Source: Trichomonas gallinae (lineage: Eukaryota). From it: a stretch of DNA of 52,755 nt. Location: the NCBI GenBank assembly GCA_008369845.1, contig MRSU01003035.1, positions 1 through 52,755 on the forward strand, given 5' to 3'. This document shows, piece after piece, positions 20,046 to 30,694 of the stretch (positions are counted from its first letter, which is position 1; the number at the start of each line of letters is the position of its first letter). A program made the position numbers and the translations under genes. The notes under the pieces were generated by a model, which saw only the letters and a program-made list of their open reading frames with translations, did not search any database and had not been told where the DNA came from.

Positions 20046-23000
20046 TTATAGGATACCTATCTTGTGGAGAGTCTCGCTAAGATTCTTCGCATCTTTGTCT
20101 GCTTCAATATCAGTCAAAATTCGGCTGCTGAACGATTTGTCAATCACGGCGGAAATGCTTTCTTTAGAATTATCTATGTTAGATTTTCTCGTTGAAGCAA
20201 ATGTGGAACTATCTGCCTCCTTGATGATATTCATTAGTTTAGAGTGGAGTCCCATGCAATCTCTCTCAGCAAGAGTCCTGTGGACTGAATGAAGCTCAGT
20301 GAGGTGAAGCAATTCGCGGAGCTTAACTTTCGCGCTTTCGTCTTTCTGCGTCTCTCTGTTTCCTGTCTTCATGATCAAGTTCACGTACTCCTCGATCTTG
20401 TGCTGGTTGAGTGAAACGATCTCCCTGGAAATCTTTATAACATCATTAGCCAGTTTCTGTCTTTGTGAAGAAAGCTCGTCGAGAATTTTCTGCTTATTTT
20501 CTTTTTCGGATGTATTTTTGATTAATTCTGCCATTTGCGACAGCATTTTTTTGCGTTCGTCCTTGAGACTCATGTATATAGAAGCAATAGTAGACTGTTG
20601 ATTTGCCAGCAAAAGATTGAGCGGAACTTTAATTGTTGGGCGTGGAACATTTTGATTATAATATAAAGTCGGCATTTTTTGGGTCACTGTGTAATACTTT
20701 ATATCTACTTCGCCGTTGCATTCTTGTATTGTTTGATGAATTGTGATTTGTCTCTTTAATTGGATAAATTTCGAAAGATTTTGCAAAGCTTGGAAATAAT
20801 AGAGCAAATGGGCCCTCTGATCACAGTCGAAGATCTCTGACCATTGTATAAAGGATGTCACCGCTTCTATTGCATTATAATCATTTATTGTCTTAATTCT
20901 TTTAATTTGATCTAAAAATGATGAATCTGCTTGTTCCGTGGCAACAATGGCTTGAGACACTGCTTGTATTTTCTGTAAAATGGCATCAAGTTTGAGACCA
21001 CCTTCAGATATGATCTTATCCCAAACTGAAATTAAATGATTGAGTTTTTCTTCATCTGAGAATCTTTTGTTGACTAATGATGCATCTAAGAGCAATTTTG
21101 AGTGATTATCTCTGATAAATCCTTGTGAATTGAACAACAGAAATTGAGATACGAAATAATCTGCAATTAAGTTGATATTTATTGATCTGACCATGAGTTT
21201 CGGGAATATATTCATCTTTCTTTGCTCATTCATTATAATATCGAAGACTTCATCAAATAAATTTGCAAATGAAATTATAATGTAAAGTTTTTCAAAACAA
21301 TCGACATATTGAGCTTGTTTCTCTACAGGGAGATCGTGGCAGTTTTGAAAAGTGAGAATTAACAATTGATATAAATTTGAATAAGTTAAACGACCCAATT
21401 TCATTGATTTGACGAAATCTATGACAACTTGTGAAGTAACCGAATGAATTAAAGAATCTAAAATGCCAGATACATTAATAATTTTGAATTTATAATAATT
21501 TTGCACGAATGATTCTGAAAAATCTGTGTCAATAAATAAACTATCGTCGTATGAAATGAATAATTCCTTTGTTTTCATTATTTCAAAAATAATTTGTAAT
21601 TCAACTGATTTCATTGATAATTTTGTATTAAAGTCAATATAAAATTTTGTAGGAGCTACTTGGCTCTTTAATGATTTGGCCAATTCTTCGATATATCCAG
21701 TAGGTATTCTTCCTGAATTTAATTTTTTGATTTTTCGAACAATCTCGATTAAATCGTTGACAATTGGTGACATCTCAGTGTTTTCCCTGACTTGGCTCAA
21801 CTGGTTAAGCTTAGAACTTGGATCTGTGAATGTTAAAATATCATTAATAACATTTAAAGCTAAAATGATTTCTTGTGTCAATTCTGGATGATTAAAGGAG
21901 ATTTGTAGCAGTTTCAATGGCTCCATTTTTATGTCAGAAGAGATTTTAACTCGCGTAATTTCTGTTTTAGTGTCTGCTTGAGAGCAGAGCGTGTTAATAC
22001 ATTCGCTAAGACACTTAGATGGGTCATTTTGAATTAGATGTTTATCAATTTCCTTGTTTTCAGAAATAATTGAATTTTTCGAATTCAAAAACGTAAGATG
22101 GACCAAAATAGAATAGCAGGATATTCCAATAACATCGCAATATAAGTATAATTGATGCAAAGAGAACAAAATTTCGAGTAATGAATTTAATTGTTGAAGT
22201 TTTTGATCTGTTTGTGGTGCATTCATAATAGCAGTATCTAATATCGAAAAGCAATGCAATATTTGATAGAAATCAAGAGGTTTCGTTGATATTTTTTCTT
22301 CTAAATAATTTAATTGAGGATATTGATTGGAAACTTGGCTTGAAATTGCTGACATTTCATTAATGATGTTCTTAATGTTTGGAATAATCATTGATGTTGG
22401 TGATATATTAGAATATGATGGATCAAATATTTTAATTCCGTAAGCTTCGATTTCTGAGGCCAAACATGTAATGAAATCAACTGACATGTTATCAATTGAT
22501 TTCTTGAATGAATTATTTTGTCCTAATTCTAAAGAAATTTCGAGAGATGGATAATTAAATGAAGGATAAGGAAAAGAAAAAGCATTGCTTTGTATCAAGT
22601 CGATAATTTTTGACATTGAGTCTATTAAAGGCAGAAAAGGTGAAATAATCTGCGAAGTATCAAGAATTAAGTCGATAATATTATTAATCAATTTCATTTT
22701 TGGTTTTTGAGCTGTTATGAATGTGTTAATCCTTCTGCTTGCTTCTAAGATTAATATAAATACGTCTTCTGGGGCGTTTCCTGATGTTATTGCAAATGAA
22801 CAATTATAAAAAATCAAAATCTCTCTTATGAACACATTTTTGTAGTCAATAGCATTACCCTTGGCCATTAGAGCAAGAATCATCATGAGTTTCTTCAATT
22901 TGAAAAGATTATGATAAAACATTGCAATATAAGGAGTTACATTAAAAGTATTGAGGTATTCGATAATATGTCCAACTACGTCTGTCAAAATCTGCAGTGT

Positions 23001-24020
23001 AATTGTTGATTTACCGATTAATTCGAATTTTTTTGATTGTAAATACGATTCTAATGAAGGATTTGGCGATGTGTCATCTAATTCTATTAATCCTTGGAAA
23101 CAGCCAATAAATTGCGAGAATTGAATATCAGTAATGTTGCTTTTAGTGAATTGAATTTTTCCAATTTCAGAATGCTGAAGATATATGACTTGGTTGTCGG
23201 ATATCAAGGCTTCAAAATCGATCATCATTGAGATTTCTTCTGGACTTTTCGAATATAACAAAGCAGAAAAAATCATTGAATATTTAAATCCGACAAGAGC
23301 TAATTTGAGGAATCCAATAAGTATTAGGATGTTTGTAAACTGTTCGCAGATAGATTTAAAATGCTTTCTTGTCGATGAAGCAAAATTGTCTATAATTCCG
23401 TAAGCAAGGCCTCTTAAACCATAAATTTGCTTAAAGGTCTCATTCAATTCAGCTATAGTTCCAACACTTTCGAATTTGTTCAGTATTGCTGCTGCTTTTT
23501 TGCGATTTTCTTTTATAACTTCGAAATTTAGATCGGATTTGACCATTTTTTCGATTGCTGCGATCGACGCTTTCATTTGTTTTAGAGTATTAGTCCATAA
23601 ATCGTGGAAAGAAATGGCTCTGTAAGGCGAAAATATCGACACGCATTGTTTTGCGATTTTTTGGCACACATCCTTAATTTTTGCAATACTTAGCGAATTT
23701 GTTTCGAGTTCTTGCATGATTGAAGTGAATTTATTTGATAAAATGTAGAATTGATTTTTAGAATCCTTTGAAAGAAAGACATTTTCATTGATGAGGAATG
23801 TATGATTGTATAATAGCTTGAAATGCGTAAGAATATAATAGTAATTCAAGAATTCCGGGGTATTTTTTAAAATTGAAATATTTTGGTGGAAATCTTCAGC
23901 TTTTTCCAGTAATTCTTTCATAGATTGGCCCACAAACATCTCCATCAACACTTGGTCGAATGTGAATTCCATTTGCAACCTTGATAAAGAACTTAAAATA
24001 TCATTCGTATTAGAACTCAT
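20046..24020 (-). CDS. Hypothetical 1324-aa helical protein with a C-terminal coiled coil
   Basis: Long uninterrupted ORF; no family recognised. Confidence 0.8.
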   Translation of the reverse strand: MSSNTNDILSSLSRLQMEFTFDQVLMEMFVGQSMKELLEKAEDFHQNISILKNTPEFLNYYYILTHFKLLYNHTFLINENVFLSKDSKNQFYILSNKFTSIMQELETNSLSIAKIKDVCQKIAKQCVSIFSPYRAISFHDLWTNTLKQMKASIAAIEKMVKSDLNFEVIKENRKKAAAILNKFESVGTIAELNETFKQIYGLRGLAYGIIDNFASSTRKHFKSICEQFTNILILIGFLKLALVGFKYSMIFSALLYSKSPEEISMMIDFEALISDNQVIYLQHSEIGKIQFTKSNITDIQFSQFIGCFQGLIELDDTSPNPSLESYLQSKKFELIGKSTITLQILTDVVGHIIEYLNTFNVTPYIAMFYHNLFKLKKLMMILALMAKGNAIDYKNVFIREILIFYNCSFAITSGNAPEDVFILILEASRRINTFITAQKPKMKLINNIIDLILDTSQIISPFLPLIDSMSKIIDLIQSNAFSFPYPSFNYPSLEISLELGQNNSFKKSIDNMSVDFITCLASEIEAYGIKIFDPSYSNISPTSMIIPNIKNIINEMSAISSQVSNQYPQLNYLEEKISTKPLDFYQILHCFSILDTAIMNAPQTDQKLQQLNSLLEILFSLHQLYLYCDVIGISCYSILVHLTFLNSKNSIISENKEIDKHLIQNDPSKCLSECINTLCSQADTKTEITRVKISSDIKMEPLKLLQISFNHPELTQEIILALNVINDILTFTDPSSKLNQLSQVRENTEMSPIVNDLIEIVRKIKKLNSGRIPTGYIEELAKSLKSQVAPTKFYIDFNTKLSMKSVELQIIFEIMKTKELFISYDDSLFIDTDFSESFVQNYYKFKIINVSGILDSLIHSVTSQVVIDFVKSMKLGRLTYSNLYQLLILTFQNCHDLPVEKQAQYVDCFEKLYIIISFANLFDEVFDIIMNEQRKMNIFPKLMVRSININLIADYFVSQFLLFNSQGFIRDNHSKLLLDASLVNKRFSDEEKLNHLISVWDKIISEGGLKLDAILQKIQAVSQAIVATEQADSSFLDQIKRIKTINDYNAIEAVTSFIQWSEIFDCDQRAHLLYYFQALQNLSKFIQLKRQITIHQTIQECNGEVDIKYYTVTQKMPTLYYNQNVPRPTIKVPLNLLLANQQSTIASIYMSLKDERKKMLSQMAELIKNTSEKENKQKILDELSSQRQKLANDVIKISREIVSLNQHKIEEYVNLIMKTGNRETQKDESAKVKLRELLHLTELHSVHRTLAERDCMGLHSKLMNIIKEADSSTFASTRKSNIDNSKESISAVIDKSFSSRILTDIEADKDAKNLSETLHKIGIL

Positions 24021-24164
24021 AAAAAATAATAAATATATTTTTAATATAATATTTTTTGTTCTTTATATCCTTGAAAATGAAAGTCTGCAGTCTATATATA
24101 TTACTTTTTTCAAATCAAATATCTTTACAAAACTCAAACTTTTCTTTATCAATTATTTTACAAA

Positions 24165-24227
24165 GGTTACAGGGCCTCCGACCCAGGACAGAACCTCAAC
24201 AGGCTCCGCACTAGGTTTAAGGTTCCG
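24165..24227 (-). other. GC-rich ~60-nt hairpin element (candidate small RNA or cis-element)
   Basis: Minus strand ACCTAG-T-GCGGAGCCT[GTTG]AGGTTCTGT-C-CTGGGT folds as a 15-bp hairpin with G-U pairs, set in otherwise very AT-rich DNA. Confidence 0.4.
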
Positions 24228-24728
24228 ACATGTAAAGTTTACATGACAAAAGTTATGTAATGAAAGTTGTATCGAAACGAGAACTTGATAATTTTTGCGT
24301 GAATCATTCTTGTTAACTAGACATTTTTATCATAATCGCTATGAACAAAAGTTATGGTTTTCTATTTTTCGAATATTAGCGAATTTAGCAAAAATAATTT
24401 AAGAATATATATTCAATGAACAGAATTCAAGGGGTGTCTAACGAGCAATTCGATACTCTGTGGGGAGATATTATTAATGGCGAAAAATAAAATTGAGCAT
24501 CCTAAACAATGCATTTTTTGAAGTTTTTTGTACAAAAATAGCAGTGTCAGATTTTTTCAATAGTCTACATATCGTTTACAGTTTACCCTGCTGCTCTATT
24601 AAAATGCATGATGTTGTAAACAGAAAAAAAAGATTTGAGTGACTCTATTATTTGTAAAGTGTCGATATGTCAAATCCTTATTTCTGTTTATGATAATGAT
24701 AACAGGTGTCAAGAAGTGATATGTTTAC

Positions 24729-26876
24729 ATGTCAAATCAGACATGTAAAATGCAAAAGAAAACTATAAAACAGGGGAGACCCTGCTTATTTTTAAATCTT
24801 ATTATGGAATTAAAAAGTGGGAAATTCATGGAATTAAAGCTAATGAAAATGATATTTCCACAACTAGAATCGATCAGGCTTGAAAGAAAACTGACTTGTT
24901 CTGTTGATGGAAGGCCAGATGTTGTAGATTTTAATTTAATTGGCCCATTTGTCTTTTGTAGTGGTGTTAAGCCATCAAATCTTCAACTAATCATATATAT
25001 ACCGCATTATTCCGTGTCATTAAACAAGAAAGATCACGTTTTAAATTTCCTATCTTTATCTCCTTTTGGATCAACAGAAATCAAATTTTTTGTCCCAAAG
25101 GAGTTCAATATTTCGAGTATACATAAGCTTATTATCAAAACAACACAAATGCTTTACGAAATTGATCCAAAACGAATTCCACCTCTTTCAATATTACCGA
25201 AATGCTATAATCTTACAACTCATACGATGCATCCAATGGAAATAAACGCTATTGAATCAGAATTAGTTCTTAATTTTGAACAGAAAACAAAATATTATCT
25301 CGAAAAGCAAAATATAAACATTCTTACAGCTCAAGACTTAATTGGTATTCCAAAGGAATATTTCTATGTTTCATTTATGATAGTATTTCGTAAATTAAAT
25401 GAATATTTGATTGTTTGTGATTCAATTGATCAATTTATGTTTTCTTTCATTACAATTGACTTCAAAATATACTCAATATCAAACAGAAAGACAGCAATAC
25501 CAATAAAACTAGCTGTGCCTTTCCCAAAAAAGAACCAACTGATTTGCGAAAATATTAATTTTGTTTCTGAGATTAATGATCCGATGCAACATAATATTTC
25601 AACAACACTAGACTTAAAGTATATAGATTCAATACCTGTTCCTATGAAAGCTGCAGAAAATTTGGAAATATTAAATTTCAATAACAAAATTAGCAGAACA
25701 ATTTTATTACATTCGAGTTTAAACCATAAAAATCAACTTTACGACACCAAAATCATTGAAAGTCAGATCCCTGATGTTTTTATTTCCAAAGCTTTTGAAG
25801 AAGAAATCCAAAATATTCAAAATCAAATTGATACTACACAAGAAAGCATCAAAATCAAGCCTTTACATGAAAATTATCCATCCAGAGAATTCATGACTCA
25901 AAGCGGGTCAGAACTCAGTGCTGTGATGTACTTTAGACCGATTGCCGATCCAAAACTGATATTTTTGTGCCAAAAGATAGGAATTCCATTCGAAAATCCT
26001 GTTTTTTCTATGAATGGCGAAGAAGAACTTAATCAGTTGAGTCGCCAAAAGACATTGAATAACATGGCAATTTTAGTTGCTTCCATTTTAATCAATGGAA
26101 CAACTGATGTAATATTTTTGTCAAAAATTCCACAAATATGCAACAACGATCAATCGATAATGAACTGTCTGCCTACTACTGATATCTCGCCTTTCTCAAA
26201 AATAGCTATTTTCATCGCACGATTGATTAAATCTCTTCGCTTGCAGAAATTCATACAGATGCTGTCGTCTAGCTTCGATCTCAGAAAATCATTATATCGG
26301 GAAGATGGAATGTGTTCTAGTACTTTATTTCTCGAGCAGTTGAAGTCTAAAGTAACAGTTTACTTTTCAAAGCAGCAGCCACTTAATAATGCTTATCCTC
26401 TTCCTTTTGCGAATAGAGAAAGATACGAATACTTGATTAGGTCAATTATTCCAAAGGCGAGAGAAGATGAAAATTCTGCAATTCAGCTTATTTTCTACAT
26501 CGTCCAGTTCTTCATGCAGAAGATAAAAGACCCGAGTAAGCTTATCGAGATTTTATCTACGACTATACAGTCAATAGATGACGAAAATCAGCGCGTGATG
26601 ATGGTCGCATCAATTTCTTCGGCGATGAAAAACAAGCAGTCGATATTAGGTAAATTCGCGTTTACATTATTGAAAGGCCTCGAATGCGGTCAGTTGTATC
26701 TATGGATTTTATACTTAGGGAAAGATATAATGAAAAACAAGCATTTTTACAATGCTGAAGCTCCAGCAGCAAATATTGAAAACATTGTAATAATTTCTGA
26801 TTCACTCTTCAAACTCTCGGGAGTGATGTTTGACATCAATCCCAACTTACTCAACAAATATTCTGTTTTTAAATAA
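24729..26876 (+). CDS. Hypothetical ~700-aa protein with tandem C-terminal RUN-like domains
   Basis: GKFAFTLLKGLECGQLYLWILYL...KHFYNAEA...LFKLSGVMFDI and an earlier similar block SKIAIFIARLIKSLRLQKFI...SLYREDG; true start may be a downstream Met. Confidence 0.7.
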   Translation: MSNQTCKMQKKTIKQGRPCLFLNLIMELKSGKFMELKLMKMIFPQLESIRLERKLTCSVDGRPDVVDFNLIGPFVFCSGVKPSNLQLIIYIPHYSVSLNKKDHVLNFLSLSPFGSTEIKFFVPKEFNISSIHKLIIKTTQMLYEIDPKRIPPLSILPKCYNLTTHTMHPMEINAIESELVLNFEQKTKYYLEKQNINILTAQDLIGIPKEYFYVSFMIVFRKLNEYLIVCDSIDQFMFSFITIDFKIYSISNRKTAIPIKLAVPFPKKNQLICENINFVSEINDPMQHNISTTLDLKYIDSIPVPMKAAENLEILNFNNKISRTILLHSSLNHKNQLYDTKIIESQIPDVFISKAFEEEIQNIQNQIDTTQESIKIKPLHENYPSREFMTQSGSELSAVMYFRPIADPKLIFLCQKIGIPFENPVFSMNGEEELNQLSRQKTLNNMAILVASILINGTTDVIFLSKIPQICNNDQSIMNCLPTTDISPFSKIAIFIARLIKSLRLQKFIQMLSSSFDLRKSLYREDGMCSSTLFLEQLKSKVTVYFSKQQPLNNAYPLPFANRERYEYLIRSIIPKAREDENSAIQLIFYIVQFFMQKIKDPSKLIEILSTTIQSIDDENQRVMMVASISSAMKNKQSILGKFAFTLLKGLECGQLYLWILYLGKDIMKNKHFYNAEAPAANIENIVIISDSLFKLSGVMFDINPNLLNKYSVFK

Positions 26877-27205
26877 AATTTTTGTTTGTATTTTAGTAAG
26901 CTGCAATTACTTTTAATCAACAAATTTAACAATATTATAAAAAAAACATTATTAGAATAGTTATTCTTCAAAATTTAGTAATGATTCTAATTCCTTGATT
27001 GAACAACATAACTGTATTATATGCACCTTCTTAAAATATCATTAGCTTGCAATCAATTGCTCATTATTAATATAGTGTTTCATCGATAATATAAATGATC
27101 ACAAGCTTCGGAATAAGATTTGTTACTGAAGTAATAAAATCTAAAGAAATTTCATTTGTTGTGTGTATATGAATAATATATGTACGTAACAAAATGTTCT
27201 ATACT

Positions 27206-29902
27206 TTATTCTTGTTCAATACATGATTTAACTTTCTTCAGCATGATGTGTCTGAGTGTCTCACTTGGCACAGTCATTCTTGCCTCAGAAATGAACTCTA
27301 TAAGGACGTGCTCATAATCCTCCTTTGTATTAGCTTCAAGGAGAAGCTGGATGCAGATTTTCATGTTCTGCAATGAAATGATTGGAATTCTCTCGCATAA
27401 CATTGATGCGAGGACATTGATTGTACCTTTGATATTGTCAGTATCATCAAACAAACTGACTTGAACTCTCTCTGCGGAAATGAAAACAAACAGCTTGATA
27501 ATGTATCTGATTATCGTATCCAGACAGAACTTGTGCGAAGGCTCTGTCGCAATGAACATCATCGTTGACATAACAGGAAGCAGGAAACTCCTAAAGAATC
27601 CCTGTCTGTCTCCTTCCCTCAAATTCATGTCAGCTTTAGTGACAGTGTTTTCGATTGCATTGATTGCAGATGTGATGGCTGTTTGATCCTGGCACTGAAC
27701 TAGGTCCAATAAGAAACCCATGTCTGTCTCGAGATTACACGGGTCACCTTCAAGAGAGATTTGGAAGTAGCCCTGTATGTATGCGTTGATGACACCAGGA
27801 ATCAAATACTGGAATGTTGGCTCTGGGAAGTCATCATCAGCAATCATCTGCTTTGTTGGGTCAATGATGAGCTGGTGGATTTCTTGTGCTTCTTCTGGCT
27901 TCAATTCGAGCTTCAACAATGCTTCCGCCAACTGCAATGCCTCGATTTGTCTGATCGATGGTGCTGAGTTTGCATAGATCGACAAAATTGGCTTGCACTG
28001 CTTGATACCTGCAGTCTTGAACAAAACTGTTGCTGTCCTGCAGAAAGCGTACATCTCCTTTTCTTCATCATGACCGCTCAGATCGTGAAGTGGTGTCAAA
28101 TGTGTTTCAAAATCTGTTAGCAAAATTGTCAAGTCTTCAATCATTCTTGATACGATTTTAGATATGTATCCTGGATCAGCCTTAGCAAAGCCAAGAAGGA
28201 TGGCAAGCACGAAATGAGTGTGGACAACTACATCTTTGTTGTTCTGGAAATCTTTTGTGGCTGTCCATCTTTCTAAGGCCATGTCGACGAGTTTTGACAA
28301 TTTCGATTTCGCGTGATAAATTTTTCCGAAACCTTCGCAGACATCTGTGTAAACGTCAGGTGCCAAAATGACATTGTTCATGATCAAGTCTGTCAGATCG
28401 GGCAGATTCGTAACTAATGAGGCACAGTTTGATCCAATCGCGAGAATTGTGTTTGCAGACATCTTTCGCAAATTCTCAGAAACTAAGCCTGTTGTCGCCA
28501 AATTCAATGCGATCGATATAAACTGTGGAGTGAGTTTTTGAGCTTTAGCGTAAGCAGCCACCAAGTAGAGGAAGCAGGCGGCTACAACTGAATGTATCTC
28601 TTTTGTCAATTTAGAGTTCTTAAAAGCCTGAAGAATGAACTGGAGAGACTCGACGACGAAATGTCCTTCGACGACTGAACCTGTAGCTCCTGTGATGCAT
28701 GCAATTGACCAGATGACAGACAAAAACAGCTTCGGCTTGAAGACGCTGTTGAGTTCGTTGAATATTCCTGCGACAGCTGGCATAACTTTTTCTGGCTCCA
28801 TTGTCAGAATTGCGACGAAAATGTTGCGGAACTGCGAATATTCGAGCATCGCATTTTCGTCGAGCGATGTATCGCCTTCTCCTGGCAAGATGAAGCCTGG
28901 TGGCTGTGGCATGTTCCTCAAGACGTAATCTCTTAAGTGACCAAATAGTTCTTGGTATAAAGTGAATCTGTCGAGCCTGGATTCGGTTTTATATGTCTCG
29001 AAAACTCCTAAGATGAAATTTTCCCAGAAATCAAGATGAGTCTGAAAGTCGAGCTCTGCAATTTTGTTGAGGACTCCTCTGACGTTGGCCAGCTGCTCTA
29101 CTTCAAGTACTTTTGCGTGCTTAATCAAAACTGGGCAGATGCTGTTGAATACCTCTTCTGAAGGCAAATTTTCGATCATCGAGCATAGATGAGGGAAAAC
29201 CATTTTAATGATTTCTGGTGTGCATCCATCGATGCAGATAAGTGTGCACAACAATGCAAATACCTGGGGGTCTTGGTTTTGGCCAAGAGAGTTGAATTTT
29301 GCAATATCAACATCTTCCCATTTAATGTAAGGCAAAAATGCATCAAGAGCACGCTTCGCGTCATTACTTGGAACAGCATCAATGCAAGCACTGATAATTG
29401 GCTTCTTAAATCCAAGCATTTTGTCGTGAATTTGTTTTAATTTTGCTGGTGTAATTTTCGTTGAGTCAGAATCAGTAACCTGTAGTAAAAAGTTGGCAAG
29501 CACACCGAAATTGCCTGCTGGTGCTGATAAAATGTCTTCAAAGAATGCGGGCCATTTTTCTGGGAAGTCTTTGATAGCAATATTAGCGAGAATGTTCGAC
29601 AACTGTCTATTGATGACATTTGAATGTGATTGTAAGTTATTTATAATGAATGATCTCATGCCTTCTTTCATTCCTGGATTTAATCCATCCCAATTGTTTT
29701 CAACGCATTTGCTAAGAACTATACACGCGACATTTTCTACTTGTTCATTGCCGACGCCCATTAATGCTTCAACATAATTTATAGAATCTTCAGCATCGAC
29801 GAATTCAGCAAGAAAAGCAAGGCATTCCTGTTGACGACGTGAATTCGGATCATATGCATCGCTGACGCGGCTTATAACGTTTTGTACAGTATAATCAGTC
29901 AT
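27206..29902 (-). CDS. Divergent exportin-1/CRM1-like karyopherin
   Basis: Importin-beta N-terminal-like region (VLSKCVENNWDGL); LSNILANIAIKDFPEKWPAFFEDI; LRDYVLRNMPQP...EYSQFRNIFVAILTME and LSVIWSIACITGA...EGHFVVESL parallel CRM1 HEAT 9-11. Confidence 0.75.
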   Translation of the reverse strand: MTDYTVQNVISRVSDAYDPNSRRQQECLAFLAEFVDAEDSINYVEALMGVGNEQVENVACIVLSKCVENNWDGLNPGMKEGMRSFIINNLQSHSNVINRQLSNILANIAIKDFPEKWPAFFEDILSAPAGNFGVLANFLLQVTDSDSTKITPAKLKQIHDKMLGFKKPIISACIDAVPSNDAKRALDAFLPYIKWEDVDIAKFNSLGQNQDPQVFALLCTLICIDGCTPEIIKMVFPHLCSMIENLPSEEVFNSICPVLIKHAKVLEVEQLANVRGVLNKIAELDFQTHLDFWENFILGVFETYKTESRLDRFTLYQELFGHLRDYVLRNMPQPPGFILPGEGDTSLDENAMLEYSQFRNIFVAILTMEPEKVMPAVAGIFNELNSVFKPKLFLSVIWSIACITGATGSVVEGHFVVESLQFILQAFKNSKLTKEIHSVVAACFLYLVAAYAKAQKLTPQFISIALNLATTGLVSENLRKMSANTILAIGSNCASLVTNLPDLTDLIMNNVILAPDVYTDVCEGFGKIYHAKSKLSKLVDMALERWTATKDFQNNKDVVVHTHFVLAILLGFAKADPGYISKIVSRMIEDLTILLTDFETHLTPLHDLSGHDEEKEMYAFCRTATVLFKTAGIKQCKPILSIYANSAPSIRQIEALQLAEALLKLELKPEEAQEIHQLIIDPTKQMIADDDFPEPTFQYLIPGVINAYIQGYFQISLEGDPCNLETDMGFLLDLVQCQDQTAITSAINAIENTVTKADMNLREGDRQGFFRSFLLPVMSTMMFIATEPSHKFCLDTIIRYIIKLFVFISAERVQVSLFDDTDNIKGTINVLASMLCERIPIISLQNMKICIQLLLEANTKEDYEHVLIEFISEARMTVPSETLRHIMLKKVKSCIEQE

Positions 29903-29931
29903 TTTACAGAAATTTTGTCTCTTAAAATTTC

Positions 29932-30122
29932 TGTCATATAAAATTGTTTTTTGTCATGTAAATTTGTTCCTGTTCTGAAAATATTTGTCATGTAAATTTT
30001 ATTTTGTCGCGTAAATCTTTGTAAAATTGTGTTTGGACTGATAGATTTGTCATGTAAATTATTGTATTTTTTAAATTTGTCGAGTAAATTTGTTTTTGTA
30101 GTGTAAATATATGTCATGTAAA
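29932..30122. promoter_or_regulatory. Cluster of ~7 copies of TGTCATGTAAA-like motif upstream of the CRM1-like gene
   Basis: tgtcatataaa, tgtcatgtaaa (x4), tgtcgcgtaaa and tgtcgagtaaa within 190 nt, all in the same orientation. Confidence 0.6.
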
Positions 30123-30470
30123 ATTAAATTAACAAAAAAATATTTTTCGTTAGTTCTTTATAGATTATAGAATATCAGATATTCACTATGCATATTTTCG
30201 AAAATAAATTAATTTGCTTAGATTATATCAAAATCAATTTTTATTATGAGTTTTATGATTTTTTAATTGTTGGATTGTGTCCTGTATGGTACACATAGTT
30301 TATATGTTGCATATCAAGGGCTAGTTCACGTGGTCATTTTGATAAAAACTGCGATTTTACATCAAATCGCAAAGTCCAAAAGAAAATTAAACGGAGAAAA
30401 TGGTTTTTATAGTCAAATAAGCCTAATAAAAAAGATCTTTTTAGAAAAAGTTTTGAATAAAATTTTCATA

Positions 30471-30478
30471 TCACTTTT
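30471..30478 (+). promoter_or_regulatory. Inr element
   Basis: TCACTTTT directly before ATG 30479. Confidence 0.65.
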
Positions 30479-30694
30479 ATGAGCTCGAAGGATAAAAGCC
30501 ATAAACACAGTCACAACTCCAAGCCCGAAAAGGACTCAAAGCATGACAAGAGCAGCAAGGATAAGAAGGATAAGAAATCCAAGAGAGATCATGAAGAACC
30601 AGACATGGGTCCAGTTCCACAATGGGCAACACTTCCTATCAATAAAAACGATGATCCATTCCGCGATGACTTCGAAGTTGAAATTAAATTCTAA
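30479..30694 (+). CDS. Small Lys/His/Asp-rich hypothetical protein, 71 aa
   Basis: ATG with Inr; coding-like codon usage. Confidence 0.7.
   Translation: MSSKDKSHKHSHNSKPEKDSKHDKSSKDKKDKKSKRDHEEPDMGPVPQWATLPINKNDDPFRDDFEVEIKF

Noticed and set aside
24165..24227. tRNA or self-cleaving ribozyme
   Set aside because: GGTTCTGTCC is only loosely T-loop/B-box-like; no cloverleaf and no hammerhead, HDV or twister core could be fitted
24415..24490. Short frame MNRIQGVSNEQFDTLWGDIINGEK*
   Set aside because: Too short to assign; may be a gene relic
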